From: the human T2T-CHM13v2.0 reference genome, Homo sapiens
DNA length: 64,000 nucleotides
Direction of reading: 5' to 3'
Assembly (NCBI GenBank): GCA_009914755.4
Contig: CP068257.2
Coordinates: 2,080,001-2,144,000 of the forward strand
The position numbers were made by a program, and so were the translations under genes. How positions within the stretch are numbered: position 1 is the first letter of the stretch; the number at the start of each line of letters is the position of its first letter. Shown here piece after piece: positions 13,051 through 26,294 of this stretch. The notes under the pieces are model-generated. The model searched no databases and was not told the origin of the DNA. It saw only the letters and a program-made list of their open reading frames with translations.

Positions 13051-16000
13051 AAGTGGAATGGATTCGAATGGAGTAGAGTGGAATGGAGTCGAGTGGAATG
13101 GAGTGGAATGGAATGGAGTGTATTGGAGAGGAATAGATTTTAGTGGAATGGAATGGAATGGAATGGAATGGAATGGACTGAAGGGGAATGGAGTGGATTG
13201 TAGTGGAATGTAGTGGTGTGGAATGGAGTGGAGTGGAGAGGAATGGAATGGAATTGAGTGTAGTGGAATGGAGTGGAGAGGAGTGGAATAGAGTGTGGTG
13301 GAATGGCGTGGAGTGGAATGGAATAAAGAGGAGTTGAGTGAAATGGAGTGGATTGTGTTGGAATGGAGTGGAAAGAAATGGAGTAGAGTGGAATGGAATG
13401 GAATGCAGTCGAGTGGAATAGAATGGAATGAAGTGGAATGCACTGGAGTGGAGTGGTGTGGAATGGAACGGAGTGGAGTGGTGTGGAGTGTAGTGGAGAG
13501 GAAGGGAATGGATTGGAGTAGAGTGGAATGAAATGAAATAGAATGGAGTGGAATGGAATGGAATGGAAAAGAATACAATGGAATGGAGTGGAGTGTAGTT
13601 GAGTAGAGTGGAGTGGACAGAAATGGAATGGAGTGGAATGGAGAGCAGTGTAATTGAATGGAGAGGAGTGGAATGGAATTGAGTGGAATTGTACGGAATT
13701 CACTGAAGTGGAGTGGCATTGGGTGGAGTGGAATGGAGTGGAGTGGAGTGGAATGGGGTGGAATGGAATGCAGTGGAGTGCAATGGAATTGAAAGGAATG
13801 GAATGCAATGGAATGGATTGGTGTGAAATGGAATGAAGTGGAGTAAAACGGAGTGGACTGGAGTGGAGTGGAGTATAACAGAAAGGACTGGAGTGGAGTG
13901 GACTGAAGTAGAGTGGAGCAGAGTGGAATGGAATGGGGTAGAATGGAGTGGAATGGAATGGAATGGAGTGAAATGAAATGGGATGGAGTGGAATGGAATG
14001 GAATGGAGTGAAATGTAATGGGATGGAGTGGAATGGAATGGAGTTGAGAGGAATGGATTGGAGCGGCGTGTAATAGTGTGGAAAGGAGTGGAACGGAATG
14101 CAGTAGAGTAGAATGGATTTGACTGGAGTGGAGTGGAATGGATTTGATTGGACTGGATTGGATACGACTGGAGTGGAATGGAGTCGAGTGGAGTAGAGTG
14201 GAGTGGAGTGGAATGGAGTGTACTGGAAAGGAGAGTAGTGGAATGGAATGGGGTGGAATGGAATGCAGTGGAATGGAGTGGAATGGAGTGGAGTGGAGAG
14301 GAATGGAGAGTTGTGTAATGGATTGGAGTGTAATGGAATAGAATGGAGTGGAATGGAATGGAGGGGAAAGGAATGGAATGCAGTGGAGTGGAATGGAATG
14401 TAGTGGAATGGAGTGGAGTGGAGAGGAATGGAGTGGCGTGGAGTGAAATGGAGGGGAGTGGAGTGGAGTGGATTGGAATAGAGAAGAGCGGAATGGAATG
14501 GAGTGTAAGGGAATGCACTGCAAAGGACTGGACTGGAAAGGAATTAAATGAATTTTAAAGGAATGCAACGGAATAGAATGGAGTGGAGAGGAATGGAATG
14601 GAGCAGAATGGAGTGGAGTCTAATGGAATGGAATGGAGTGGAGGGGAAAATATAGAATGGAAAGTTGTGGAGTGGAATGGAATGGAGTGGAGTGGAACGG
14701 AGTGGAGTGGAGTGGAGGAGAACTGAATTGAGTGGAGTGAAATAGAATGAAATGGAATGGAGTGGAATGGAATGGAATACAATGGAATGGAGTGGAGTGG
14801 AGTGGAGTGGAGAGGAATGGAATGGAGTAGAATGGAGAGCCATGGAATGGAATGCAGTGGAGTGGAATGGAATGGAATGGAATGGAGTGGAATGGATTGG
14901 AGTGTATTAGAGTGGAATAGAGTGGAGTGGAAAGGAGTGGAGTGAAATGGAGTGGAGCAGAATTGAATGGAGTGTAATGGAATGACATGGAATGGAATGG
15001 AATGGAATGGAGTTGAGTAGAATGGAATAGACTGGAATGAAATGGAGAGGATTGGGGTTGAGTAGAGTGGAATGAAATGTAGTGTACAGGAGTGGAATGG
15101 AGTTGAGTGGAGTGGAATAGAGTGGAATGGAATGGAGTGGAGTGGAATGGAGTGCAATGGAATGGAATGGAATAGACTGGAATGGAAAGGAATGGAATGG
15201 AGTGGAATGGAATGGAGTGGTGTGGAATGGAATAGAGAGGAATGGAATGATGTGGAATGGATTAGAGTGGAGTGGATTGGAGTTGAATGGAGTTGAGTGA
15301 ATTTGGGTGGAGTGGAGAGAAATCGAAAGTAGTGGAGTGGAATGTAATGGATTAGAGTTGAGTGGAGTGGAATGGAATGGAGTGGAGTGAGATAGAGAGG
15401 AGTGGAGTGGAACGGAATGGAGTGGAATGGAATGGAATAGAATAGAGTGGACTGGAATGGAATGGAGTCGAGTGGAGTGGAATGGAATGGAATTGAATGG
15501 AGTGGAACGGAATGGAGTGAATTGGAATGGAGCAGAGTGAAGTGGAACAGAGTGTAGTGGAGTGTAATGAAGTGGAATGGAATAGAGGGGAGTGGAATGG
15601 AATGGAATGCAAGGGAAGGGAATGGAAGGGAGTGGAATGGAGAGGAATGGATTGGAATAGAGTGGACAGGAATGGAATGGAGTGAAAAGGAATGGAATGT
15701 AATGGAGCGGAGTGGAATAGAGTGGAGAGGAATTGAGTGGAGAACAGTGGTGCACAGAAGGTTGGAGTGGAATGGAGAGAATTGAATGGAATGGAATGGA
15801 ATGGAATACAATGGCAAAGAATGGAATGGAATCGAGTGTAGTGCAGTGGAGTAGAGTGGACTGGAATGGAATGGAGTGGAATGGAGTGGTAAGTAGTGGA
15901 ATTGAATGGAATGGATTGGAGTGGAATGGAAGGGAGTGGAGAGGAGTGCAATTGAGTGGAGTGGAGTGTAGTGGTGTTTAATGGAATAGAAAGGAATGTA

Positions 16001-19000
16001 CTGGAATGGAAGAAAGTGGAATGGAGTGGAGTGGAGTTGAAAGGACTGGACTAGAGAGTAATGGAATGGATAGGAATGGAAAGGAATGAAATGCAGAATA
16101 GTGTAATGGAATGGAAAGAAATGGAATGGAACGGAATGGTGTGGAGTGCAGTAGAATAGAATGATATGCAGTGGAGTGGATTGGAAAGGAGTGGAGTAGA
16201 AAGGAATGGAGGGGAACAGAAAGCAGTGGAGTGGAATGGTGTGGAATGGAATGGAGTGGAATCGAGTCGAGTGGTTTGGAATCATTTGGAATGGAACGGA
16301 AAGTAGTGGAGTAGAATGGGGGGGAATGGAATCGAACAGAGTGCCGCGCAATGGAATGGAATGGAATGGAGGGGAGTAGAATGGAATGGAATAGAATGGA
16401 ATGGATTGGAATAGAGTGGAAAGGAATGGAATGGAATGGAGTGGAGTTGAGTGGAATGCAATGGAGTGGAGTGGAGTGGAGTAAAGTGGATTGGAGTAGA
16501 ATGTAATGGTGTGGAATGCAGTGGAATGGAGAGGAGTGGAACGGAATGGAGTGGAGTGGAATAAAATGGAGTCGAATGGAATAGAATGGAATGGTTTGGA
16601 GTGGAATGGAATGGAGTGGAGGGGAATTGAATGGAGTGGAGTGGAATGGAGTGGAATGGAATGGAGTGGCATGGAATGGATTGGAATGGAGTGGAATGTA
16701 ATGGAGTGGAATGGAATGGAGTGGAGTGGAATGTAATGGAGAAGAATGAAATGGAATGGAACAGAGTGGAATGGAATGGAGTGTAGTGGAGTGGAGTGGA
16801 GTGGAATGGAATGGAATGAAATGGAGCGCAGTGGTCTGAAATTTAGTGGTGTGGAGTGGAGTGGAGTGGAATGGAATGGAGTGGAATGGAGTGAAAAGAA
16901 TGGAGTGGAATGGAATGGAGTGGAGTGCAATGGAACTGAGTGAAATGAAATGGAAAGGAATGGAGTGGAGTTGAATGGAGTGGAGTGTAATGGAGTGGAG
17001 TGTAGTGGAATGGAATGGTATAGAGTGAACTGAAATGGAGTGTAGTGGAATGGAATGGAGTGGAATGGAATGGAACGGAGTGGAGTGGAGGGGAAATGAG
17101 TGGAGTTCAGTGGAATGAAGTGGAGTTCAGTGGAATGAAGTGGAGTTCAGTGGAATGGAATGGAATAGAATGGACTGGAGTGGAGTGGAAAGGAATGGAA
17201 CGGAATGAAATTGAATGGAGTGTAGTGGAGTGAGGTCGATTGGAGTGGAACGGAGTGGAGTGGAGTGGAATGTATTGGAGTGGAATAGAATGGTGTGGAA
17301 TTGATTGGAATGGAATAGAATTGAATGCAATGGAGTGGAAAGCTATGTAATGAAATGGAGTTGAATGGAATGGAGTGTAGTGGAATGGAGTGGAGTGGAG
17401 TGGAATGGATTGGAGAGAAGTGTAATGGTGTGGAATGGAAGGGAACACAGTGGATTGTAGTGGAGTGCATTGGAGTGGAGGGGTGTGGAAACGAATGGGA
17501 TGGTATGGAATGGAGTGGAGTGGAGTGAAATGGAAAGTAATGGAAAAGAATGGAATGGAATGGAGTGGACTGGTGTGCAGTGGATTGGTGCGGAGTGTAG
17601 TGGAGTGGGGAGCAATGGACTGAAGAGTAATAGAATGGAATTGAGTGGAATGGAATTCAAAGGAATTGAATGGAATGGAGAGTAGTCCAATGGAGTGGAT
17701 TGGAATTTAGAGGAGTAGAATGAAGAGGAGTGGAATGGAGTGGAGTGGAATGCAGTGGACTGGAGGGTAATGGGGTGGAGTGGAATGGAATGGCATGCAA
17801 TGGGGTTTAATGGAATGGAATGGGATGTGTTGGAGTGGAATCGAGAGGAATGGAGTGGATTGGAATGGAGTGGAATGGAGTTTAGTGGAGTGGAGTCAAA
17901 CGGAGTCTAGTGGAGTGGATGGCTGGGGAGTGTAGTGGAATTAAATGGTGTGGAGTGGAATGGAATAGAATGGAATGGGATGGAATGGAGGGCAGTGGAG
18001 TGGTGTCAAATGGAACGGAATTTAATGGAATGGAACGGAGACGATTGGAGTGGAGAAGAGTGGAATGGATTGGAATGGAGTGGAGTAGATTGATCTGGAA
18101 TGGCGTGCAATGGAATGGAGTGGAATGTCATGAAATGGAGTGGAGTGGAATGGAGTGGAGTGGATAGGAGTGGAATGGAATGGAGTGGAAATGATTGGAG
18201 AGGATTGGTATGTAGTGGAGTAGAATGAAATGGAATTGAATGGAATAGAGTGGAACAGACCAGAATGGAATGAAGTGGAATGGAAGGCAGTGGAGTGGAA
18301 TGGAATGGAATAGAATGGAAAGGAATGGAGTGGAGTTGAATGGAATGGAATGGAGTGGAGTGGAGTGGAATGAAATGGATTGGAATGGAGTCAAATGGAG
18401 TGGAGAGAAATGGAATGTTGCGGAGTGGAAAGGAATGGAGTAAAGATGAATGGAATCCAGGAGAGTGGAAAGGAATGGAGTTTCATGGAATGGATTGGAA
18501 TGGAGCGGAAAGGAATGGAGTAGTGTGAAATGGAATGGAATAGAATGGAATGGAATGGAATGGAATGGAATGGAATAGCATGGAATGGAATGGAATGGAA
18601 TTGAGTGGAGTGGAAGGGAATGGAATGGAATGCAATGGAATGGAATGGAATGGAATGGATGGAGTGGAACTGAATGGAGAGGAGAAGAATGGAATGGAAT
18701 GCAATTGAGTGAAATAGAGTGGAATGGATTGGAAAGGATTGGAATGGAGTGGAGTTGAATGGCATGGATTGGAATGTAATGGAATGGACTGGATTGGAAT
18801 GGAGAGAAGTGGAATGGAGGGGACTGGATTAGAATGGAATAGAGTGGAATGGAATGGAATGGAAAGGAGAGGAGTGGAATGGAGTAGAGTAGAGTGGAAT
18901 GGAGTGGAGTGGAATTTAATGGAGTGGAGTGGAATTTAATGGAGTGGACTGGAGTGGAGTGGAGTGGAATATAATGGAACGGAGTGGAGTGGAGTGCAGT

Positions 19001-22000
19001 ATGGTGCAGTTGAGTGGAATGGAGAGGAGTGGAATGGAATGGAATGGAGTGGAATGGAGTGGAATAGAGTGGAATCGAGTGGAATGAAATGGAGACGATT
19101 GGAGTGGATTGGATTGGAGTGGATTAGAATAGAATGGAATGGAGTGTAATGGAATGGAATGGAATGGAACGGAATAGAATGGAATGGAATGGAATAGAAG
19201 GGAATGGAAGTTGAGTGGAGTGGTGTGGGGTGGAGGCAATTGGACTGGGGTGGAATGGAATGGAATGAAATGGACTGGAATTGAATGTAGAGGAGTGGAA
19301 TGTAAAGGAGTGGAGTGGAATAGAATGGATTGAAGTGCAATAAAACGGAATGGAGTGGAATGGAGTGGAATGGAGTGGATTGTAGTGGAATGGAGTGGAG
19401 TGGAGTGGAGTGGAAAGGAATAGACAGGAGTTGAATGGAATGGAGAGGAATGGAGGGGAATGAAATGGAGAGGAGTGGAATGCAATGGAATGGAGTGAAA
19501 TGGAATGAAATGGAATGGAGTGGAATGGAATGGACTGGAGTGGAATGGAATCTGGTGGAGAGGAAAGGAATGGCGTAGACTGCAATACAATGGAATGGAG
19601 TGGAATGGAGTGGACTTTAGTAGAATGGAGGGGAGTTGAATGGAATGGAGTGGAGTGTAATGGAGTAGAAAGGAAAGGACGGTTGGGGAATGGTATGGAG
19701 TGGAATGGAATGGAATGAAATGGAGAGTAGTGGAATGGAAAGGAATGAAATGAAATGGAATGGAATAGAATGGAATGGAATGGAATGGAATGGAATGGAA
19801 TGGAATGGAATGGAATGGAATGGAGTGGAGTGGAGTGGATTTGAATGTAATGGCGTGGAGTGGTTAGGAATGGAGTGGTGTAGAGTAGAATGGAGTGGAA
19901 TAGAATGGAGTGGAAAGGAATGGAGAGGAAGAGAATGGAGTGAAATGGAGGGGAGGGGTTTGGAATCGATTGGAATGGAATGTAACATAGTTGAGAAGAA
20001 TTGAAGGGAAAGGAATGGAACGTAATTGAGTATAATTGACGGGAATGGAATGGCAAAAGTGGAGTGCAAGGGAGTGGAAAGGAATGAAGTGGAGTGGAAT
20101 GGAATAGAATGGAGTTGAATGGAATGGAATGGAATACAATGGAATACAATGGAGTGGAGTGGAGTGGAATTGAATGGAGTGGAGTGGATTAGAGTGGATT
20201 GGAGTGGAGTGGAGTGTAGTGGAATGGATTGGAATGGAGTGGAATGGAGTGGAGTGGAAAGGAATGGAGTGGAGTGGAATGGAATGGAGTCGTATGGAAT
20301 GGAATGGATTGTAGTGAAGTGGAATGAAATGGAGTGGAGTGGAATGGAAGGGAATAGCGTGGAATGGAATGGAATTGCATGGAATGGAATGGATTGGATT
20401 AGAAAGGGATGGCGTGGAGTAGAATGCAATGGAATAGAGAGAAATGTATTGGAATGGAGTGGAATGGAATGGAGTGGAGTGGAGTGCAATGGAATGGAAA
20501 GGAATGGAATGGAGTGGAGTGGAATGGAGTCAGTTGGAAAGGAGTGGAGTGGAATGGAATGGAATGGAGAGTAATGGAGTGGAGCGCAATGGAGTAGAGT
20601 GGAGTGGAATGGAATGGATTGGAGGGAAATGGAGTGGGATGGAATGGAGTGTACTGGAATGGAGTGAAGTGGAATGGAATGGAGTGGAGTGGAGTGGAAA
20701 TGAATGGAGTGGAGTGGAATGGAGTGGAGTTGAGTGGAATGGAATGGAATGGAGTGGAGAGGAGTGGAATGGAATAGAATGGAATGGAATGGAGTGGACG
20801 GGAGTGGTGTCGATTGGGTTGGAACGGAGTGGAGTGGAGTTGTATTTAGTGAAGTGGAGTCTAATGGAGTGCAGTTGAGTGGAATGGAATGGAATGGAAT
20901 GGAATAGAAATGAATGTACTGGAGTGGAAAGTTATGGAATGGAAAGGAGATGAATGGAACGGAGTGCAGTGGAATAGAGTGGAGTGGAGAGGAAAGGAAT
21001 GGCATGGAGTGCAATAGAATGGAATGGAGTGGAATGGAGTGGAGTTCAGTGGAATGGAGTGGAGTTGAATGGAATGGAGTGGAGTGTAATGGAGTGGAAA
21101 GGTATGGACTGTAGTGGAATGGTATGGAGTGGAATAGAATGGAATGAAATTTAGAGTATTGGAATGGAATGGAATGAAATGGAAAGGAGTAGAATGGAAT
21201 GGAATGGATTGGATTGGAGTGGAGTGCATTAGAATGTAATGGCGTGGTGTGGGTTGGAATGGAGTCGTGTGGAATAGAATGGAGGGGAATGGAATGGAGT
21301 AGAGTGGAATGGAGAGGAATGGAATGGAGTGGAATGGAGGGGAGGGTTTGTAATCTATTGGAATGGAATGTAATTTAATTGAGTAGAATTGAGGGGAAAG
21401 GAATGGAAGGTAGCTGAGTAGAATTGAGGGGAATGGAATGGAACAAAGTGGAGTGCAAAGGAATGGAAAGGAACGGAGTGGAGTGCAATGGAATGGAATG
21501 GAATGGAATGGAATGGAATGGAATGGAATGGAATGGAATGGCATGGAATGGAATGGAGTGGAATGGAATGGAATGGAGTGGAATGGAATGGAATGGAGTG
21601 GAATGGAATGGAATGGAGTGGAATGGAATGGAGTGGAATGGAATTAAATGGAATGGAGTGGAATGGAAAGGAATGGAATGGAGTGCAATGGAGTGGAGTG
21701 GAGAGGAGTGGAGTGGAGTGGAATGGAGTGGAGGGGGTTGGAGTGTACTGGAATGGAGTAGAGTGGAATGGAATGGAGTGGAATGCAACGGAATGAAGTG
21801 GAGTGGAGTGGAAATGAATGGAGCGGAGTGGAATAGAGGGGAGTTGAGTGGAATGGAATGGAGTGGAGTGGAGTGGAGTGGAATGGAAAGGAATGGAAAG
21901 GAATGGAATGGAATGGAGAGGAGTGGTGTCGATTGGGGTGGAAGGGAGTGGAGTGGGGTGGAATTTAGTGAAGCCGAGTCGAATGGAGTGTATTTCAGTG

Positions 22001-25000
22001 GAATGCAATGGAATGGAGTGGAGTGGAATGGAGTGGAGTTGAGTGGAATGGAATGGAATGCAGTGGAGTGGAGTGGAATGGAATGGAATGGAATGGAATC
22101 GAGTGGAGAGGAGTGGAATGGAATGGAAAGGAATGGAGAGGAGTGGTGTCGATTGTGGTGAAACGGAGTGTAGTGGAGTGGAATTTAGTGAAGCAGATTC
22201 GAATGGAGTACAGTTGAGTGGAATGGAATGGAATACAAATGAGTGCATTGCAGTGGAAAGATACGGAATGGAATGGAGTTGAATGGAATGGAGTGCAGTG
22301 GAGTGAAATCGAGTGGATTGGAATTTATTGAAGTGGAGTGGATTGGAGTGGAATGGAATGGAATGGAACATATTGGAGTGGAGTGCAGTGGAGTGAAGGG
22401 GAGTATGGAATGGAAGGGAATGGTTTGGAGTGGAATGGAGGGGAATGAAATGGAGTTGAATGGAGTGGAGTGGTTTGGTACGTAGTGGTGAGGAATGCAA
22501 TGCAGTGGAATGGAATGGAGTGGAACGGAACGGAATGGAATGTAGAGGAATGGAATGGAGTGCAATGGAATGGAATACAATGGAAAGGAATGGAGTGTTG
22601 TAGAATGGAATGGAATGGAATGGATGGGAGTGGAGTGGAGTAGAATGGAATGGAGTGGAATGGAGTGAAATGGGGAGGAGAGGAATGGAATGGTCTGGAA
22701 TGGAATGGAATGGAGTAGAAATGAATGGAATGCAGAGGAGTGGAATGGAATGGAGTGGCATGGGACGGGTTGGAATGGAGTGGAAAAGAATGGATTGGTA
22801 TGGAATGGAATGGAATGAAATGGAATTGAATGGAATGGAATTGAGTGGAGTGGAGGGGAATGGAATGGAAAGGAATGGAATGCAGTGGAGAGAAGAAGAA
22901 TGGAATAGCATGGAATGGAGTGAAATATAGTGGAATGGAGTCGAAAGTAATGGAATGGAGTGGAGTAGAATGGAATGGATTTGAAAAGAATGGAATGGAG
23001 TGGACTGGAAAGGAGAGAAGTGGTATGGAGTGGAGTGGAGTAGAGTGGAGTGGAGTAGAATGGAATGGAGTGGAATGGAATGGAATGCAAAGGAGTGGAG
23101 TGGAATGGAGTGGAGTGGAATGGAGATTAGTGAAATTGAATGGAGTGGAGTGGAGGAGAATGGAGTGGACTGGAGTGGAGTGGAGTGGAATATAATGAAA
23201 TGGAATGGAGTGGAGGGCAGTATAGTAGAGTGGAGTGGAATGGAATGGAATAGAGTGGAGTGGAATGGAGTGGAATGCAGTGGAGTGGAGTGGAATGAAA
23301 TGGAATGGAGTGCAGTGGAATAGAATGCAACGGAGTGTAATGGAATGGAATGGAGTGATGTGGAGTGGAGTAGGGTGTACTTGAGAGTAATGGTTTCATG
23401 TGGTATGGAATGGTATGGAATGGAGGGGAAACGAATGGAGTGGAGAGGAATGGAAAGGAGTGGAGTGGAATGGAATGGAGTGGAGTGCAATAAAATGGAA
23501 TAGAGTGGAAAAATATGAATGGAGTGGAATGGAGTGGATTGTAGTGGAGTGGATTGTGGTGGAGTTGAATGGAAATGAATAGACTGGAGTACAATGGAAT
23601 GAAGTGCAATGGAAGGGAATGAAATGGAGTGGAGTGGAATGCTATGGAATGGAATGGAATGGGTTGGAATGGAATGAAATGTAGTGCATTGGAATGGAGT
23701 GGAGTGGAATGGAATGGAGTGGAGAGGAAAGAAATGGAATAGAGAGCAATAGAATGGAATGGAGATGGAATGGAGAGGAGTGGAGTGGAATGGAGTGGAG
23801 TGGAGTGGAATGGAGTGGAGTTGAGTGGAATGGAATGGAATGGAACAGAGTGGAGTGGAGTGAAGTGGACTGGCGTGGAATGGAATGGAATGGAATGGAG
23901 TGGAATGGAAAGGAGTGTGGTGGAAAGAAGTGGAATAGACAGGAATGGGATGGAGTGTATTGGAGTGGAGTGGAGTGGAATGTAATGGAGTGTAATGGAG
24001 TGGAGTGGAGTGGAATGGGATGGAGTGTATTGGAGTGGAGTGGAGTGGAATGTAATGGAGTGTAATGGAGTGGAGTGGAGTGGAATGGAATGGAGTGGAA
24101 TGGAGTGGAGTGGAACGGAATGGAATGGAATCGATTGGAGTGAAATGGAGTGGAATGGAAGGGATTGGAATGGAGTGGAGTGGATTAGAATGTATTGGAG
24201 TGGAATGCAATGGAGTGGAATGCAATGGAGTGGAACGGTATGGAATGGAATGTAGTGGAATGGAATGAAATGGAATGGAATGGAGTGTAATCGTATGGAA
24301 TAGAATGGAATGGACTGGATTGGAGTTGAATGGAATGGAATGGAGTGGATTACAATGGAGTGGAATGCAGTGAATTGGAATGGGGAGGAATGGAATGGTG
24401 TGGAGTGGAATGGAATGGAGTGGAGCTGAATACAATGCAGAGGAGTGGAATGGAATGGAGTGGCATGGAATGGATTGGAACGGAATGGAAAGGAATGCAG
24501 TGGTGTGGAATGGCATGGAATGGAATGTAATGGGATGCAATGGAATGGAATGGAATTGAGTGGAGTGGATTGGAATAGAATGGAATGGAATGGAGTGGAT
24601 GAACAGGAATGGAATGGAATGAAATTTAGTGAAATATAGAATAATGGAGTGGAGTGGAATGAAACAGAGCAGCGTGTAATGGACTGGATTGGAATGGAAT
24701 GGAATGGAGTGGATTGGAATGGAGAGAAGTTGAATAGAGTGGAGTGGAGTGGAATGGAGTGGAATCGAGTGGAATGGAATGGAATGGAAAGGAGTGGAGT
24801 GGACTGGAGTGGAGTGGAATGGATTGGAGTGGAATGGTATGGAGTAGAGTGGAGTAGAATGGAGTGGACTAGAGTGCAGTGGATTGGAGTGGAATATAAA
24901 GGAATGGCATGCAGTGGTGTGGAGTATAGTCGAGTGATGTGGAATGGAGGGGAGTGGAATGGAATGGAATGGAGTGGAATGGAATGGAACGGAACGGAAC

Positions 25001-25303
25001 GGAACGGAATGGAATGGAATGGAATGGAATGGAGTGGAGTGGAATGGAATGCTATGGAGTGGAATTTACTGGAAAGGAGTGGAATTAACTGGAGTGGACT
25101 GGAATTGAATGGAGTGGAAGGGAATGGAATGAAGAGGAATGGAGTGAAGTGGAGTGGAGAGGAATAGAGTGGAGTGGAGTGGAGTGGAATGGTGGAGTGG
25201 AGTGGAATGGAATGGAGTGGAGTGGAATGGAATGGAGTGGCTTGGAGTGGAGTTGAGTTGAATCAAATTTAACTGAATGGAATGGAATGCAATGGAATGG
25301 AAT

Positions 25304-25370
25304 GGGTGCGGAGATTGTGTAACTGCGTTACAGCCTGTGTGACAGAGAGAAATCATGTCCAAAGAAAGGA
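25304..25370 (+). mobile_element. First Alu 3'-end/A-tail remnant (T1 form), relic fragment and not an autonomous element
   Basis: 'gggtgcggagattgtgtaactgcgttacagcctgtgtgacagagagaaatcatgtccaaagaaagga' matches the last ~55 bp of the Alu right monomer plus a decayed poly-A ('aaagaaagga'). Confidence 0.7.
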
Positions 25371-26294
25371 GTGTAATGGGGTGGGATGGAGTTGAGTGGA
25401 ATGGAATGGAGTGGCGTGGAATGGAGTGGAGTGGAGTGGAATGGAGTGGAGAGGAATGGAGTGGAATGGAATTGAGTGGAGTGAAATGGAATGGAGCGGA
25501 GTGGACTGAAATTGAATGGATCGTTGAGTGGAGTGGAGTGGAATGGGGTGGAGTGGAGTGGAATGGAGTGGAATGGAATGGAGTGGAGTGAAACGGAATG
25601 GAGCAGAGCGGAGTGAAATGGAATGGATCAGAGAGGAGAGGAATTGAATGGAGTGGAGTGGTATGGACTGTAATTGAGTGGAATGGACTGGAGTGAAATG
25701 GAATAGAATGGAGTGGAAGGGAATGGAGTGGAGTGTGGTGGAATGGAGTGGAGTGGAGTGGAGTTGAGTGGAATTGAATGGAGTGCAGTGGAATAGAATG
25801 GAATGGAGTTAACTGGAATTTTCTGGAATGGAGTGGAATGGACTGGAGTGCAATGGAATGGTGTGGAATGAAATGGAATGGAGTGTAACGGAGTGTAGTG
25901 CAGTAGAGTGGAGTGGAATGGAGAGGCCTGGAGTGGAGTGGAGTGGTATGGAATGGAATAGAACGGGGTCGAGTGGAATGGAATGGAGTGTTGTGGACTG
26001 GAGTGGAGTGGAGTGGAATGGAATGGAGTGGTGTGGAGTGGAGTGGAGTACAGTGAAGTGGAGTGCAATGGAATGGAATGGTATGGAGTACAGTGAAATA
26101 GAGTGGAATGGAATGGAGTGGATTGGAATGTAGTGGTGCGCAATGGAACCGAATGGAGTGGAGTGGAGTAGAATGGAGTGGATTGGAATGGAATGCAACG
26201 GAATGCAGTGGAGTGGAATGGAATGGAGTGGCGTGGAATAGATTTGAGTGAAATTGAAAGGAATGGAATGGAATGTCATGGAATGGAATGGAAT

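Larger units (their letters stand above)
1..25303. repeat. HSat3 sub-domain A: GGAAT/GGAGT pentamers without embedded Alu remnant
   Basis: Reading the region by eye, no 'gagattgtgccactgc...gtgacagag...cctgtcgaaag' motif is found before 25,304. GGAGT variant units are frequent ('gagtggagtggaatgg'). Confidence 0.8.

Noticed and set aside
24985-25005. (GGAAC)4 'ggaacggaacggaacggaacgg', a CpG-containing pentamer run just before the 25.3-kb boundary
   Set aside because: It is a normal HSat3 variant unit (GGAAC) and has no independent significance. It is noted only as a local landmark.
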